Positions 48,701-60,640 of a stretch of DNA of 64,000 nucleotides are shown piece by piece. The notes below the pieces were generated by a model, which did not search any database, had not been told where the DNA came from, and saw nothing but the letters and a program-made list of their open reading frames with translations. How positions within the stretch are numbered: the first letter of the stretch is position 1; the number at the start of each line of letters is the position of its first letter. Source of the stretch: Mobula hypostoma (taxonomy: Eukaryota); assembly GCF_963921235.1 (NCBI RefSeq), contig NC_086108.1, positions 99,388,001 to 99,452,000 of the forward strand. Reading direction: 5' to 3'. The position numbers and the translations under genes are program-made.

Positions 48701-49290
48701 CAGGTGGAACAAGATGGCAGTGAAGCAAGTTCCTAGGAAGGATATGTGGCTGTGATAGTGGACCTGGGTGAGTACATGGTCAAAGAGTTGGAGGGCAGCA
48801 GAGAGCATAGAGGGGGAGCAGTGAGAAAGTGTTTCACTGAACTCCTGTTGAAGAGAAGATCTAAACTTCTTCAGGGTTGGCATCCCTCGAAGAGACTTTG
48901 CCTTGGAGCAGAAAATCATGAACACGAGGAATCCTGCAGATGCTGGAAATCCAAAGCAGTGCACACACAAAATGCTGGAGCAACTCAGCCAGTCCGGCAG
49001 CATCTATGGAAATGAATAAACAGTTGACGTTTTAGGCTGAGACCCTTGATCAGGACTGGAAAGGAAGGGGTGAGATGGCAGGATAAAAAGGTGAGAGGAG
49101 GGGAAGGAGATAGCTAGAAGGTGATAGGCGAAGCCAGGTGGCTGGACAAGGGAATGGGCCAGAGAGGAAGGCATCTGACAGGAGAGGGAACGGGAAAGAG
49201 GAGGGGACCCAGGAGGAGGTGACTGCCAGGTGAGACGAGGTAAGAGGCCACAATAGGGAATGGAAGAAGAGGGGAAGGGGTGGGATGATC
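45763..49290 (-). mobile_element. Near-full-length decayed Penelope-like element: upstream pseudo-LTR with HHR, then N-terminal domain, RT and GIY-YIG
   Basis: Minus-strand fragments HISFLGTC, KIHKPDCLDRP, MDVQSLYTSMPH, LPFL.LSV...KPTNFHSYL..SSH...KNAIPFSQFL.LR.ICS, DRVPLV, LQPGGMN. Pseudo-LTR at 48920-49290 with a decayed HHR at about 49021-49058. Confidence 0.88.
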
Positions 49291-49819
49291 GCATAGAGTG
49301 ATTGACCCAGGAAAGATGGGCCAAATGGCCTACACCTGCATCAATTTCTTATATTTTTCTGTTGATTCCAGATCAACCAATGTGGCTGCTTGAGTGCAGG
49401 CTGGACTATAAATGTAAGTGTTGCCAGTGAGCCACTATCCTGTGAAGGATTGAATAAAAATTGCCTTGCATCTTACATTTATTTCATCCATACTGTTTTA
49501 AATTTAAAACAAGCTAGCTTTTAAATTTTATTGTTTTAATATTTTATGGATATCTCTGCTTCTGACTTATCCATTGTGTATATGGACCATCTGTTACCCA
49601 TTCAGAATCTATGAATCAACCTAAATTGGTTGACTGCTGGAACACTGATCTTGTACTGCAGTACATAGAAATAAAACTGTGGCTTGCTTCGCCAGTTCCT
49701 ACATAAGATACTTTTGATGGTACAATTTTGATGTAAAATAAAGCTTCCTAAAATGGTGCTCTTTAAGAGAATGAGAGATGATTTCACTGAAATATATGCA
49801 ATCCCAAAAAGATAGAGGA

Positions 49820-50383
49820 GTCTATCTCTTCTTCTGCCACAATGAAGTCATTTTCAGGATGGAGGAGCAACACCTCAAAAACTGTCTGATTGGCCTCCAA
49901 TCTGAAGACATGAACATCAATTTCTCTAACTTCCGTTAATTTCTCCCCCTACCACTTCTCCCTTTTTCCATTTCCCATTCTGCTCCCCTCTTACCCCTTC
50001 TGTTCTTCCCTTCAGTCTATCACCTCCTTCTGGTGCCCTCCTCTTTCCCTTTCTCCCATGGTCCACTCTCCTCTCCTTCTTCTTCTGTCCTTGTCCTTTT
50101 CGACCTAAACCTCCCAGCTTCTCACTTCACCTCTCCTCCCCCACCACCCACCTTCTCCCTCACCTGGCTTCATCTATTACCTGCCACTTGTACTCCTTAC
50201 CCACCCTTCACCTTCTTACTCTGGATTCTTCCCCTTACCTTTCCAGTTCTGATGTAGGGTCTCGGCCCAAAATATCACCTGTTTTTTCCTCTCCATAGAT
50301 GCTGCCTGATTTGCTGAATTCATCCAACATTTTGTGCACGTGTCACTCTGGATTTCCTGCATCTGCAGAATCTCTTGTGTTTG
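49820..50383 (+). mobile_element. PLE 3' fragment (GIY-YIG end, pseudo-LTR, decayed HHR, tail)
   Basis: EEQHL...GLQS.DMNI.FSNFR*, a pyrimidine tract, and 'ctgatgtagggtctcggcccaaaa'. Confidence 0.8.
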
Positions 50384-50489
50384 TAAGAAGAGTCTATGCT
50401 CACAGATGTTCCCTCAGTTTGTAGAGTCCAGAAAAAAACTCAAAGTTCAAGTCCGAGTCAAATTTTATGTCATTTGCACAAGTACCCCT

Positions 50490-50741
50490 CCAGGAGGACC
50501 ACAATCTTGTGGATTGGAGGCTTGCATGCCTCAATGACCATGAGATCTGTGTCGGCTGGAGTCGGGGCTTTATGCTTTTGATCTTGGGAGGGTCACCCAT
50601 GCCAAACAGGTCAAAGGGTAGAGGCCAGACTAAGAGTGGTCCACCGATCTTCCCGGTTCAGGGGTTCAGCTCAGGGCTAACAACCTTGACTGGTAAACAA
50701 AATCTATTATGGAAACAGCAATGAAGAATCCTTCTACATCT
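50490..50741 (+). mobile_element. RTE-clade 5'-UTR element, truncated
   Basis: Homologous to 21170-21420. Confidence 0.65.
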
Positions 50742-50949
50742 AGGTGGCCAGGGACAGACAGAGACTTGCTGCCTTTAGGGAGGGGTAGATGATGGAACAC
50801 AAACCAGTCCTCATCGCAGGGTCAACAGTGGAAAATGTGGTCAGATTCGAATTCCTGGAGGACAACACCTCTGAAAATCTATCCTGTGTCCAACATATTG
50901 GTGCAATTATGAAAAGGTTATGCCAGCGGATACATTTTGTTAGGAACCA

Positions 50950-51965
50950 CCTCACTAAGGATAGGTTTCCTCTTGTCCTCACCTGCCACCCCACCGCCCT
51001 CTGCGTCCAGCACATAATTCTCTGGAACATTCACCATCTCCAATGGGATCCCACCACCAAGCACATCTTTCCCTTCCCCCCCCTCCACTTTCTCCTTTCC
51101 TTTCCACTGGGATCGCTCCCTACACAACTCCCTTGTGCATTTGTCCCTCCACACTGATCTCCCTCCTGACTCTTACCCTTGCTAGTGGAACAAGTGTTAC
51201 ACCCACCCCTACACCTCCTCCCTCACTACCATTCAGGACCCCAAGCAATCCTTCCAGGCGAGGTGATGCTTCATCTGTGAGTCTGTTGGGGTCATATACT
51301 GTGTCGGGTGCTCCTGGTGTGGCCTCTTGTATATCAGTGAGACCCAATGTAGATTGGGAGACTGCTGCGCCAAGAACCTACGCTCTGTTCACCAGAAAAT
51401 GCGGGATCTCCCAGAGGCCACCCATTTTAATTCTACTTCCCATTCCCATTCTGACATGTCAGTCCATGGCCTCCTCTACTGCCGCAATGAGGCCACATTC
51501 AGGTTGGAGGAGCAACACCGTATATTCCTTCTGGGTAGCCTCCAATCTGATGGCATGAACTTTGATTTCTCAAGCTTCTGGTAATGCTCTTCCCCCTTCA
51601 CCATTCCACATTCCCATTTCCCTCTCTCACCTTATCTCCTTACCTGCCCATCACCTCCTTCTGGTGCTCCTCCCCTTCCCTTTCTTCCATGGCCTTCTGT
51701 CCTCTCCTATTGGATTCCCCCTTCTCCAGCCCTTTATCTCTTTCACCAGTTGACTTCCCAGCTCTTTAATTCACCTCTCCTCCTCTCCCGGTTTCATCTA
51801 TCACCTGCCCTCATGTACTTCTTTCTCCCCCTCCCTCCCACCTTCTTACTTTGAAATCTTTTTTCCCCCAGTCCTGATGAAGAGTCTTGGCCCGAAACGT
51901 CGACTGTTTACTCTTTTCCATAGATGCTGCCTGGCATGCTGTTCCTCCAGCATTTTGTGTGTGTT
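50950..51965 (+). mobile_element. PLE 3' kilobase: GIY-YIG endonuclease pseudogene plus pseudo-LTR with HHR
   Basis: DRFPLVLTCHP, YCV.C..CGLLYISET.CRLGD, HFNS..HS, EQH.IF.LGSLQSDGMN. Confidence 0.88.
51869..51906 (+). ncRNA. Minimal type-I hammerhead ribozyme
   Basis: CAGTC-CTGATGA-A-GAGTCTTGGCCC-GAAA-CGTC^GACTG. 5-bp stem I, one stem II mismatch, predicted cut after 51901. Confidence 0.75.
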
Positions 51966-53279
51966 CCTTTCTTCCATTAGGAATTTGAGGAGAATTGGTA
52001 TGAGCCAAAGAACAGCAAATTTCTAAATATTTACCACAGAGAGTATTCTGACGAGTTTCATCAATGTCTGGTGTGGAGGTGCCAGTGCACAAGATTGGAA
52101 AAAGCTGCAGAGGGTTGCAATCTCAGCCAGCTCTATCATGGGCACCAGTCTCCCCTCTATCACCAGGAGATGCCTCAAAAATGTGCCACCCGTTATTAAG
52201 GGCCCTCAACATTCAACACATGCCTCTTCTCATTACTACCATCATGGAGGAAGTGCAGGACCCTGAGGACACACACTCAAATGTTTTAGGAGCAGCTACT
52301 TCCCCTCTGCTGTCAGATTTCTTAATAGTCCATAACCTATGACCACTACCACACTATTTTGCTCTGTTTTGGTTTTTATATTTCTTATAGTAACGTAGTA
52401 ATTTTTAAGGATTTCACTGTTCCACTGCCACAACAGTAACAAATTTTCTGACATAGATCAGTGATAATAAAGCTGATTCTGATTCTGAGGTCTCAGGATA
52501 AGGGGCCAGCCATTCAGGATGAAGATGAGGAGACTCTCTTCAGTCAGATGGTTTTATACCTTTGAAATTCTCTGTTCCAGATGTCTTTGGATGCTCAGTT
52601 AATGAGTGCCTTCGAAGCACAGAGTGATAGATTTGTCAGCTGAAGGAATCGAGGGAAATACAGATCAGTAACACAGTGGGAAACCTATTGAACCAGCAGC
52701 CAGTCTGACTCTTTTATTGAGGGATATGAGTTCAAATCCCTCTGGATTTAAATTCAATTAATTAGATAAACCTCCAATAAAAAAAAACTAGTATCAGTGA
52801 TGGTAACAATGGAACTATTGGATTGTTGTAAAGAAAATCTATTGCAGTAAACTCCTTCAGGGAGGGCGATCTATTACCTGTATCTGGGCCTGGTCTAAAT
52901 TTGACTCTGGACCCATTAATATAGTAATGGACAATAATGTCATCACGGTAGCGTAGTGAAAAGCGAAACACCTTTACAGTCCCAGCTATTTGTACACTCT
53001 CCCTGTGACCACGTGGGTTTCCTCCTCTTGCTTAGGTTTCCTCACACATTCCAAAGCTGCACAGTTAGGGGCAGGGAGCTGTGCTGGCGCCGGGACCGTG
53101 GTGACATTTGCGGGCTGCCCCCCAGCACAATCCCTGCTGATTTGATTTGAGACGAAATCAAATCAGCAACATCCTGTGAATGAACATTTATTTTAAAGTT
53201 GGCATAATGGGGTTGAGATTTTAGATCAGCCTTGATCTTACAAATAAGCAGCGCATGTTCCAGGTCCAGCTCCAAGACA

Positions 53280-53700
53280 ATGACAACCTTGTCATAGGGT
53301 TTGGAGACTTGTGTGCCTCAATGACCCAGAGAGCTATGTCCGCTGGAGTAAGGGCTTTATGCTTTAGCTCTTGGTAGGGTCACCGATGTCAAACAGGTCA
53401 AAGGGTAGAGGCCAGACTAAAAGTGGTCCACCGGTCCTCTGGGTCTGGAGGTTCATCTCAGAGTTAACAACCCTGACTGCTAAAACAAAATTGTTACGGA
53501 AACAGCAATGAAGAATCCTTCTACATCTGAGTGCGGTGGTATTCCTGAGTCTCTATTTGGGACTTGCGTGACTGACAGTAGTGAAAACCGAGAGGAAGCT
53601 ACTGACACGATGAAGGAAGCCCTGAACTGAACACCACCAGAAATGGAGAACTTTCATTGCTGCCCTAAACACCAGTGACATAATGGGCAGTAAGTAAATA
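53280..53700 (+). mobile_element. RTE-clade bipartite element
   Basis: Full-length homolog of 21170-21580, ending 'gggcagtaagtaa'. Confidence 0.65.
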
Positions 53701-54019
53701 ATTTCAAGGTACTAGTCCTCCATAGGTAAGAATGCTTGGACTTAAGATTGGGCGACTGCTGGACTTCAAATCTGTTGCACCGCTGAAGGCATCTTCTGCT
53801 GCCTGGAAACTAGGTTTTGGCTATGCTTCCATGTAACCACAGGTTAACTCAAGTTACAGACAATTCACAGGAAGAGAAAGCTGCCTAAACTGGTAACGAC
53901 CTGTACTGGAAACATTTAGTCTAACCTCGTGCTCTTAGTGAAGCAGTGTAGTACGGAGGCTCACGTGATGACAGGATATACTGTATCTACAGTGGGTTGA
54001 AGGATCCACTTGCTAGTGC

Positions 54020-54570
54020 AGGTTAGTCTGAGGCCTCCACTGCTCAGGGTTGGTCATGGAAGTTACATCCCAGCTGTCTAGATATGCAAGCCTGGTCAGT
54101 ACAATATGGAGAGCAAGCTCCCCCTCTCCATACATCGGATGAACCCAAAGGAAGGGCAGAGACCAATACAGTTTGGCACCAGCAGCGTCGCAGGAGTTGG
54201 CAGGCAGCGTTGAACTCAACGTGGGACTGCCTGAGGGACTTTCCAGATTTTCCCCTTTGGGTTTACTCCCACAGCCTTCTCCATGATTGTTTATAGACAG
54301 AAGGCAGTGGTTTGAGATCAGAGTTTTCCTTCTCCATCTGAGCTGACAACCACGGCTGATGAGCCCCATCTGCCCAAAGAGACTGGTTTTAAGGCACCAG
54401 TAACCCACCTTTGCCCCTTCTCCTGTCAGTAGAAATGGTTCTGCCGGACTTAGTAGCTAAGAAACACATGAAGGCCAGGGGCTGGATTTGGTTGTCAGAG
54501 GCTATTTGAGGTGCACGCCATTGGGAATATTTAATTGGTAGTGGGAGCTTATCCCATAACAACCTTAACG
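54020..54570 (-). mobile_element. Probable RTE-related short element
   Basis: Non-coding and resembles RTE 5'-UTR-type sequence. Single copy in this window, so the assignment is weak. Confidence 0.35.
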
Positions 54571-54659
54571 AACCAAGAGATACTACAAGTGGTACTGTGG
54601 AAAAGAATCAAGCAGATTTCGTTGAATGGTGGACCAAGCCTGGTAGGCTAAATTCCTCA

Positions 54660-54845
54660 CTCCTGGAGAGCGCAGCGGACAGTGGACAGCGCTCAACAAT
54701 TCCACAACGCCCTGCACATGCAGCAACTGTGACAGAGCCGGCCGTTCCAGGATTGGCCTCAATAGCTACAGTCGACGCTGCTCGACAAACCAGTGATTAC
54801 CAGAGGCGCAGTACCCATGGTCGACCGCGACCGACGGAGGCCACG
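54660..54845 (+). mobile_element. RTE LINE extreme 3' end (zinc-finger tail)
   Basis: 54719-54796 translates CSNCDRAGRSRIGLNSYSRRCSTNQ*, like the C..C.R.C.SRIGL.SH.RRC RTE tail. A 3' stem-loop 'ggtcgaccgcgacc' follows. Confidence 0.7.
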
Positions 54846-56974
54846 CACACATTAGTTCTTATGTAAGGGTATGTAGGGTTGGTTGCTAAAGATGGTATTT
54901 CTCTGCAGCTGGACATCCTGGGTGAAAACTCAACAAGGATATCCACTGTTCAGCAAAGGGAAAGCTTTGAGTGAATAGATCTTTGCAGATATTGCTGAGT
55001 ACAACAGATACAACATATTAATGCAATTACAAAGAAGGCAAGCCAGCAATTATACTTTATTAGGAGTTTGATGAGATTTGGTAAGTCACCAAAGACTCTC
55101 GCAAATTTCTACAGATGTACAATGGAGAGCATGATATTTATTGGTTATTTATTTATATTATTGTTTCTTAATTTTGCATCCGCACAGTTTGTTGTCTTTT
55201 TGGTTGAAAACCCTGGTTTGGCTGTTGTTCATTGATTCTGTTATAGTTACTATTCTATAGATTTGTTGAGTATGCTCACAAGAAAATGAAGGGTTGTATA
55301 TGGTGACCTCTGTGTACTTTGGTAATAAAATGTACTTTGTATTTGGGGGGAGAAAGCTGCAGAGGGTCGTTCTCTCAGCCGGCTCCATCATGGCACAGGC
55401 CTCCCCAGCATCGAGGACATCCTCAAAAGGTAATGTCTCAAAAAGGCGGCATTCATCATTAGGTATCCCATCACCCAAGGCATGCCTTCTTCCCATTACC
55501 ACCAACAGAGAGAAGGTATAGGAGAAGCCTGAAGACACACATGTTCTAGGAACAGCATCGTCCCCTCCGCTGTCAGATTTCTGACAATAAATCCGTGGAC
55601 AATGCCTCACTATTTTTGCTCTCCTTGTGCTTTACTTATTTATCTTTATATATATATATTTCTTATTATAATTTATCACATTTTATGTGCTGCACAAAAC
55701 AACAAGTTTCACAAAATGTGTCAGTGATAATAACCTGGTTCTGATTCATTGTATGAGACAGGAAACACTGAACAATTGCACACAGTGAGCTACCATAAAC
55801 AGCTTTGTGAGATCGATTAAATAACTTCTTTTCTCAAGAATGCAGAAAGCCTGAAGTCATTGTTAACTGTGTTTTTTTTTCCCCCCGGACTATAGTCCTT
55901 GTGGAGTTCAACAGAGCTGTATGAAGTTGAGGAGATACCAACCACTCCTGCGGGGTATCTGCCTGAACGTGTTATGGCAGGTGGATCCCAACTCAGGTAA
56001 TTCTTCTGCCTTGAGGAGAACAGATACAAGTTTCCGAGATATCAACTAGATATTAATTTTTTTTTGTAAGATTGAGTTTTATACAGATACGTTTTTAACG
56101 TGGAGACAATTCAGAAATCAGAGGCACAAAGGGGCTTGGGAAATCTAGTTCAGGATTTACAGAAGGTGAACATGCATGAAGAGTTGGTAGTAATAAAGGA
56201 AAATAAAATCTTAGTATTCACTTTGAGAGTACTAAAACATAGAACACAGAAAATGGTGGATACAGCCCCGTCCCTCACAGGCAAAGCCCTTTCTACCATT
56301 AAATACATATAGATGGAGCACTGCCCCAAGAAAGCAGCAACAAGGACCCCCACTATCCAGGCCATGCTCTCTTCTCACTGCTGCCATCAAGCAGGAGGTA
56401 GAGGGGACTTAGGTCGTACAGCATCAAGGTTTCAGGAACAGTTATCACCCTACAGATATCAGGCTCCCAAACTGGCACAGGTAACTTACAGTCATAGAAT
56501 CATAGAAAAATACAGCACAGAAACAGGCCTTTCAGCCCATCTTGTCTATGCTGTACTGTTTGAATTGCCTACTCCCATCGAAGTGCATCCAGACCATAGC
56601 CTCCATACCCTTACCATTCATGTGGCTATCCAAACTACTCTTTAATGTTGAGATTGAGTTTACATGCACCACTTGCACTGGAAATGTGTTCCACACTCAT
56701 ATGACCTTCTGAATGAAGAAATTTCCTCTCATGTTCCCCTTAATCTTTTCATCACTTAGCCTTATCCTATGACCTCCAGTTGTAATCCCACCTAACCTCA
56801 GTGAAACAAGCCTTATCTATTTCCTCAACTTCACTCATCACAATTCTGAACTGATTTCACAACCTACAGACTCATTTTTAAGGACCCTACAACTCATTTC
56901 AGTTTCATTTTTTTTTTATCTGCACAATGGAACTTCTTTTGCACATTGGTTGTTTGTCAGTCTTTGTTTACATA

Positions 56975-57520
56975 TGCTCAGTGGCCACCTTATTAGGTAA
57001 ACCTTAATCCCTGTTCATTAGTCTAATCAACCAATCATGTGGCAGCAATACATAAAAGCATGCAGACATGATCAAGAGGTTCAGTTGTTGTTCAGACCAA
57101 ACATCAGAATAGGGAAGAAATATGATCTAAGTGATTTTAACTGTGGAATGATAATGGTGTCAGATAGGGTGGTTTGAGTATCTCAGAAAGTGCTGATCTC
57201 CTAGGATTTTCACAGGCAACAGTTTCTAGAGTTTCCAGAGAACAGCGTGAAAAACAAAAATATCCCCAGGAAGTGGCAGTTCTGTGGTAGAAAACACCTG
57301 GTTAATGACAGAGGTCAAATGAGAATGGCCAGACGGGGTTCAAGCTGACAGGAAGGTGACAGTAACTCAAATAACCAAATGTTACAACAGTGGCATGCAG
57401 AAGGTGCACAGCATATCGAGCCTTGAAGTAGATGGGCTACAGCAGCAGGAGTCCATGACATACACTCAGTGGCCGCATTATTAGGTGCAGGAGGTACCTA
57501 ATCAAGTGCCCACTAAGGTA
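56975..57520 (+). mobile_element. Non-autonomous Tc1-like transposon
   Basis: Homologous to 18761-19515, with TIRs 'ctcagtggccac.ttattagg'. Confidence 0.8.
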
Positions 57521-59036
57521 TAATAATGGGTTAATTTGTTTTTATTTACTTATTGGGATACAGAACAGAACAGGACCCTCAGGCACTTTAAGCTGTGGCA
57601 CCCAACAACCCTTGATTTAACAACTAGCCTAATCACAGGATAATTGACAATGACCAGTTAACCTACTAACCGGCATGTCGCTGCACTGTGGGAGAAACCT
57701 GAAGACCCGAAGAAAGCCCATGCATTCCACGGGGAGGATGTCCAGACTCCTTACATATGATGTCAGAATTGAACTCCCAACTTAATTGTGACTTCTTTCC
57801 TCTGCTCTTTACCTCGGCATTTTTTAGAAACTGTGATGAAACGTTTAACAGTGCGCAGTGAGATTTTCCCCTCCTCGCTAATTGTTCGGCTGCGTTCAGC
57901 CCAAGGATCTGAATGGATCAGAGGCCTCACCTTCTAATCAAAGAATTCAGAAAGTCAAAATGGATATTTGCGGCGATGACACGTCATTCTGCCTTAACGA
58001 AAGCTGCATGTAGTACCTTCAACGACCATGAATGCACATAGGATTTGGCCTGTTCCCCGCACCACAGCACTAATTACCTCATACAATGCAACATTTCTTC
58101 ATCTGCTGATCCAAGTGATCCATTGATAACTCCATACTGACCACAGGTCCACTTACAGTGTGTAAATGCATTAGAATGGTCTTAAACAAACAGTCTTATA
58201 TTAAACTGCCTGTTTCTAATCAACGCGGTTAAGTAGCTTCCATTAATCTTTCATTGGGATGTCGTTTGTCTGCAGCTCATACAGAGCGCTAATGTTAGCA
58301 AGACCACTTAACAAACATGACCAGTTAATCAATGAGAATTTAACACTACCAACAAGAAAGATTAGTTGTCAAGCCCTGGTTGTCATAATTACAATAGATG
58401 TAACTTAGTTAAAAATTAAAAGGTATCCATTAGCGCTGTCATTATAGATTATCCTCCTCAGTCTGGTTATTGCTTTTAAATAAAGCACAGTTTCTAAAAG
58501 GCTTTCAAGAATTGTAATAAAAGGTACATTATTGCATTTTTTGCTAATACATCTTCCAACTCGAGGTCTGTGGATTAATCAGCGTAGTGAAATGTAAATT
58601 GTACATGTCAGGAGAACTTATGTTAAACGTAGTCATACATGCACTCAAAATAGAACTGCTCATAGCTGGGGAAAATACCGTTAATAACTAAGTACAATGC
58701 ACAATTCCTGCTTTGCAATATGTCAGTTCATATTGAGTCCTTTTTCCACATTACCTACATTATTTTGTCAATGGGACTGAGAGCCATGACGGATGATGCT
58801 ACAGTTTGCGAAACCAAACTTTCTGCGAGTTACTTAGGCAGAAACTAAGTGCTTTTACATTCAAGGGCTTATTGATAATAGTGAATTTATATTTATCACC
58901 CTGTCACTTCAGTTGACAGTGTCAGCCTCCTTGCTGTTAAAGTATGGACACTAATGGAGGTGTGTCCTTATTCCTTAACAGGGGTTCAAGAATTCATTTG
59001 GAGAACACATCTGTGGAGTAACAACTAACATACAAA

Positions 59037-59221
59037 ACACGAGACATGCTGGAAATTCAGAGCAACACACACAAAGTGCTGCAGGCCGGGAAGCACCTAT
59101 GGAAAGGAATAAATAGTTGACGTTTCGGGCCAAGATCCTTCATCAGGACTTATGGAGGGTTTCGGCCCGAAATGTTGACTGTTTATTCTTTTCCACGGGT
59201 GCTGCCTGACCTGCTGAGTTT
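59037..59221. mobile_element. Fold-back PLE pseudo-LTR insertion with back-to-back HHR motifs
   Basis: Inverted arms. Flanks CAACTAACATACAAA (59022-59036) and CAACTAGCATAGAAA (59222-59236). Confidence 0.8.
59115..59150 (-). ncRNA. Minimal hammerhead ribozyme (core intact, stems imperfect)
   Basis: Reverse complement: AGTC-CTGATGA-A-GGATCTTGGCCC-GAAA-CGTC^AACT. Confidence 0.6.
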
Positions 59222-59849
59222 CAACTAGCATAGAAACTTTGTTTACAGCACTAGTTCAAGAAAGAACTACCAGCAGTTCTTGTTGCTAGGCCGCAAGGAT
59301 TGAATCTCTGATTGGCTTCCACAGTTCTGTGACCTTTGTGACCCCCTAGCTCACAGCTCTCAGGGAAAACTAATATACTGCTGCTATCTAACAGTCTTGC
59401 CATTAGTTAGTGTATCAGGCTGAGAGAAGTCTGTGTTTTGATTGCAAGCCTTTGGTTATGAGAAATTCTGTCCAAGATCAATACCAGTCTTCCTGCTTTA
59501 ATAATAGTTTGATATGATTTGTCACAGGCTGGCCCATCAAATCTTCCAGTTTTTATTGTCTGGCTTGCCTGACTGTACCTCTTTCTTGAGATATGAGCTC
59601 AAATAGGGAAAGTGTTTTAAAAGCCATATTTTGAACAGCTTTGTTACTGAACAAACTTGCTGCCTCGATCGTATTTCTTGAAGGGTGTACTCTCACCAAC
59701 TCACACTTCACCCTGCTGCGTAAAAGGGTAAATTTAAACGCAGGGTGGCTATTTATCACAGCACTAACATTGGTTTATGGATGGTCCTGGGATTTTAACG
59801 AGCTGCTCAGTATTTTTGCTGAGATATCTTCCCTACTTTCTTCCAAGCC

Positions 59850-60410
59850 CATTGTGCTAACGACTACACTTTACAGTACTAGCAACCCAGTTCAATTCCT
59901 GCTGCTACCGGCAAGGAGTTTGTAAGTTCCCCCTGTTACTGCATGGGTTTCCTCTGGGTGCTCTGATTTCTTCCCACAGTCCAAAGATGGACCGGTTGGT
60001 AGGATAATTGGTCATTTTAAATTGTCTCTTGATCAGGCTAAGGTTAAGTCGGGGGTTGCTGGGCAGTGTGGCTTGAAATGCCTGAAGGGCCTATTTTGTG
60101 CTACCTCAATAAATAAATAAATAATTTTTGTAGAACCAGGGAAGGCAGCATGGGAGCACAATAATTTTACAGCATCAGTGATCATCAATCAGGTTTCAAT
60201 TCCCACCGTTGTCTGTAAGGAGTTTGTACCTTCTCCCTATGACTGTGTGGATTTCCTCTGGGTGCTCTGGTTTCCTCCCCCATTCCAAAGATGTTCAAAG
60301 TGTAGTGGCAATTGTGGGCTTCTCCCAGTGCAATCCTCTGATTTGACACAATCAAAACATTTCACTGTATGTTTTGACGTACAAATAAAGTTAATATTTA
60401 TCTTTATAAG
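59850..60410 (+). mobile_element. Two tandem V-SINE (HE1-like) copies
   Basis: Each has 'gttcaattcc/ttcaattccc' and the V-domain 'tttcctctgggtgctctg.tttc.tccc...ccaaagat'. The first has an (AAAT)n tail. Confidence 0.7.
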
Positions 60411-60419
60411 GGGAAGCCA

Positions 60420-60640
60420 GGTGTAAATTCTTCACACAGAGAGTGGTGGGTGCTGGCGGCGGTGGTGGAAGCAAATATAATAGGGTCTTTTAAGGGCCTC
60501 TTAGAGAGGTACATGAAGCTTAGAAAAATAGAGGGCTCTTCACTAGGGAAATTCTAGGCAGTCTCTAAAGTAGGTTACATGGATGGCACAACATTATGGG
60601 CCGAAGGGCCTGTAAAGGGCTGTAAATTTCTATGTTCTCT
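60420..60640 (+). mobile_element. CR1 3' UTR fragment
   Basis: Homologous to the reverse complement of 28600-28820 and ends 'tttctatgttct'. Confidence 0.75.

Noticed and set aside
53280..53340. HDV-like ribozyme in the RTE-type leader
   Set aside because: P3/L3-like and P4-like hairpins are suggestive, but I could not build P1 and P2 by eye, so the call is unsupported without a structure search.
54350..54390. CTGATGAG as a hammerhead core
   Set aside because: No stem II closure, GAAA or stem I pairing follows.
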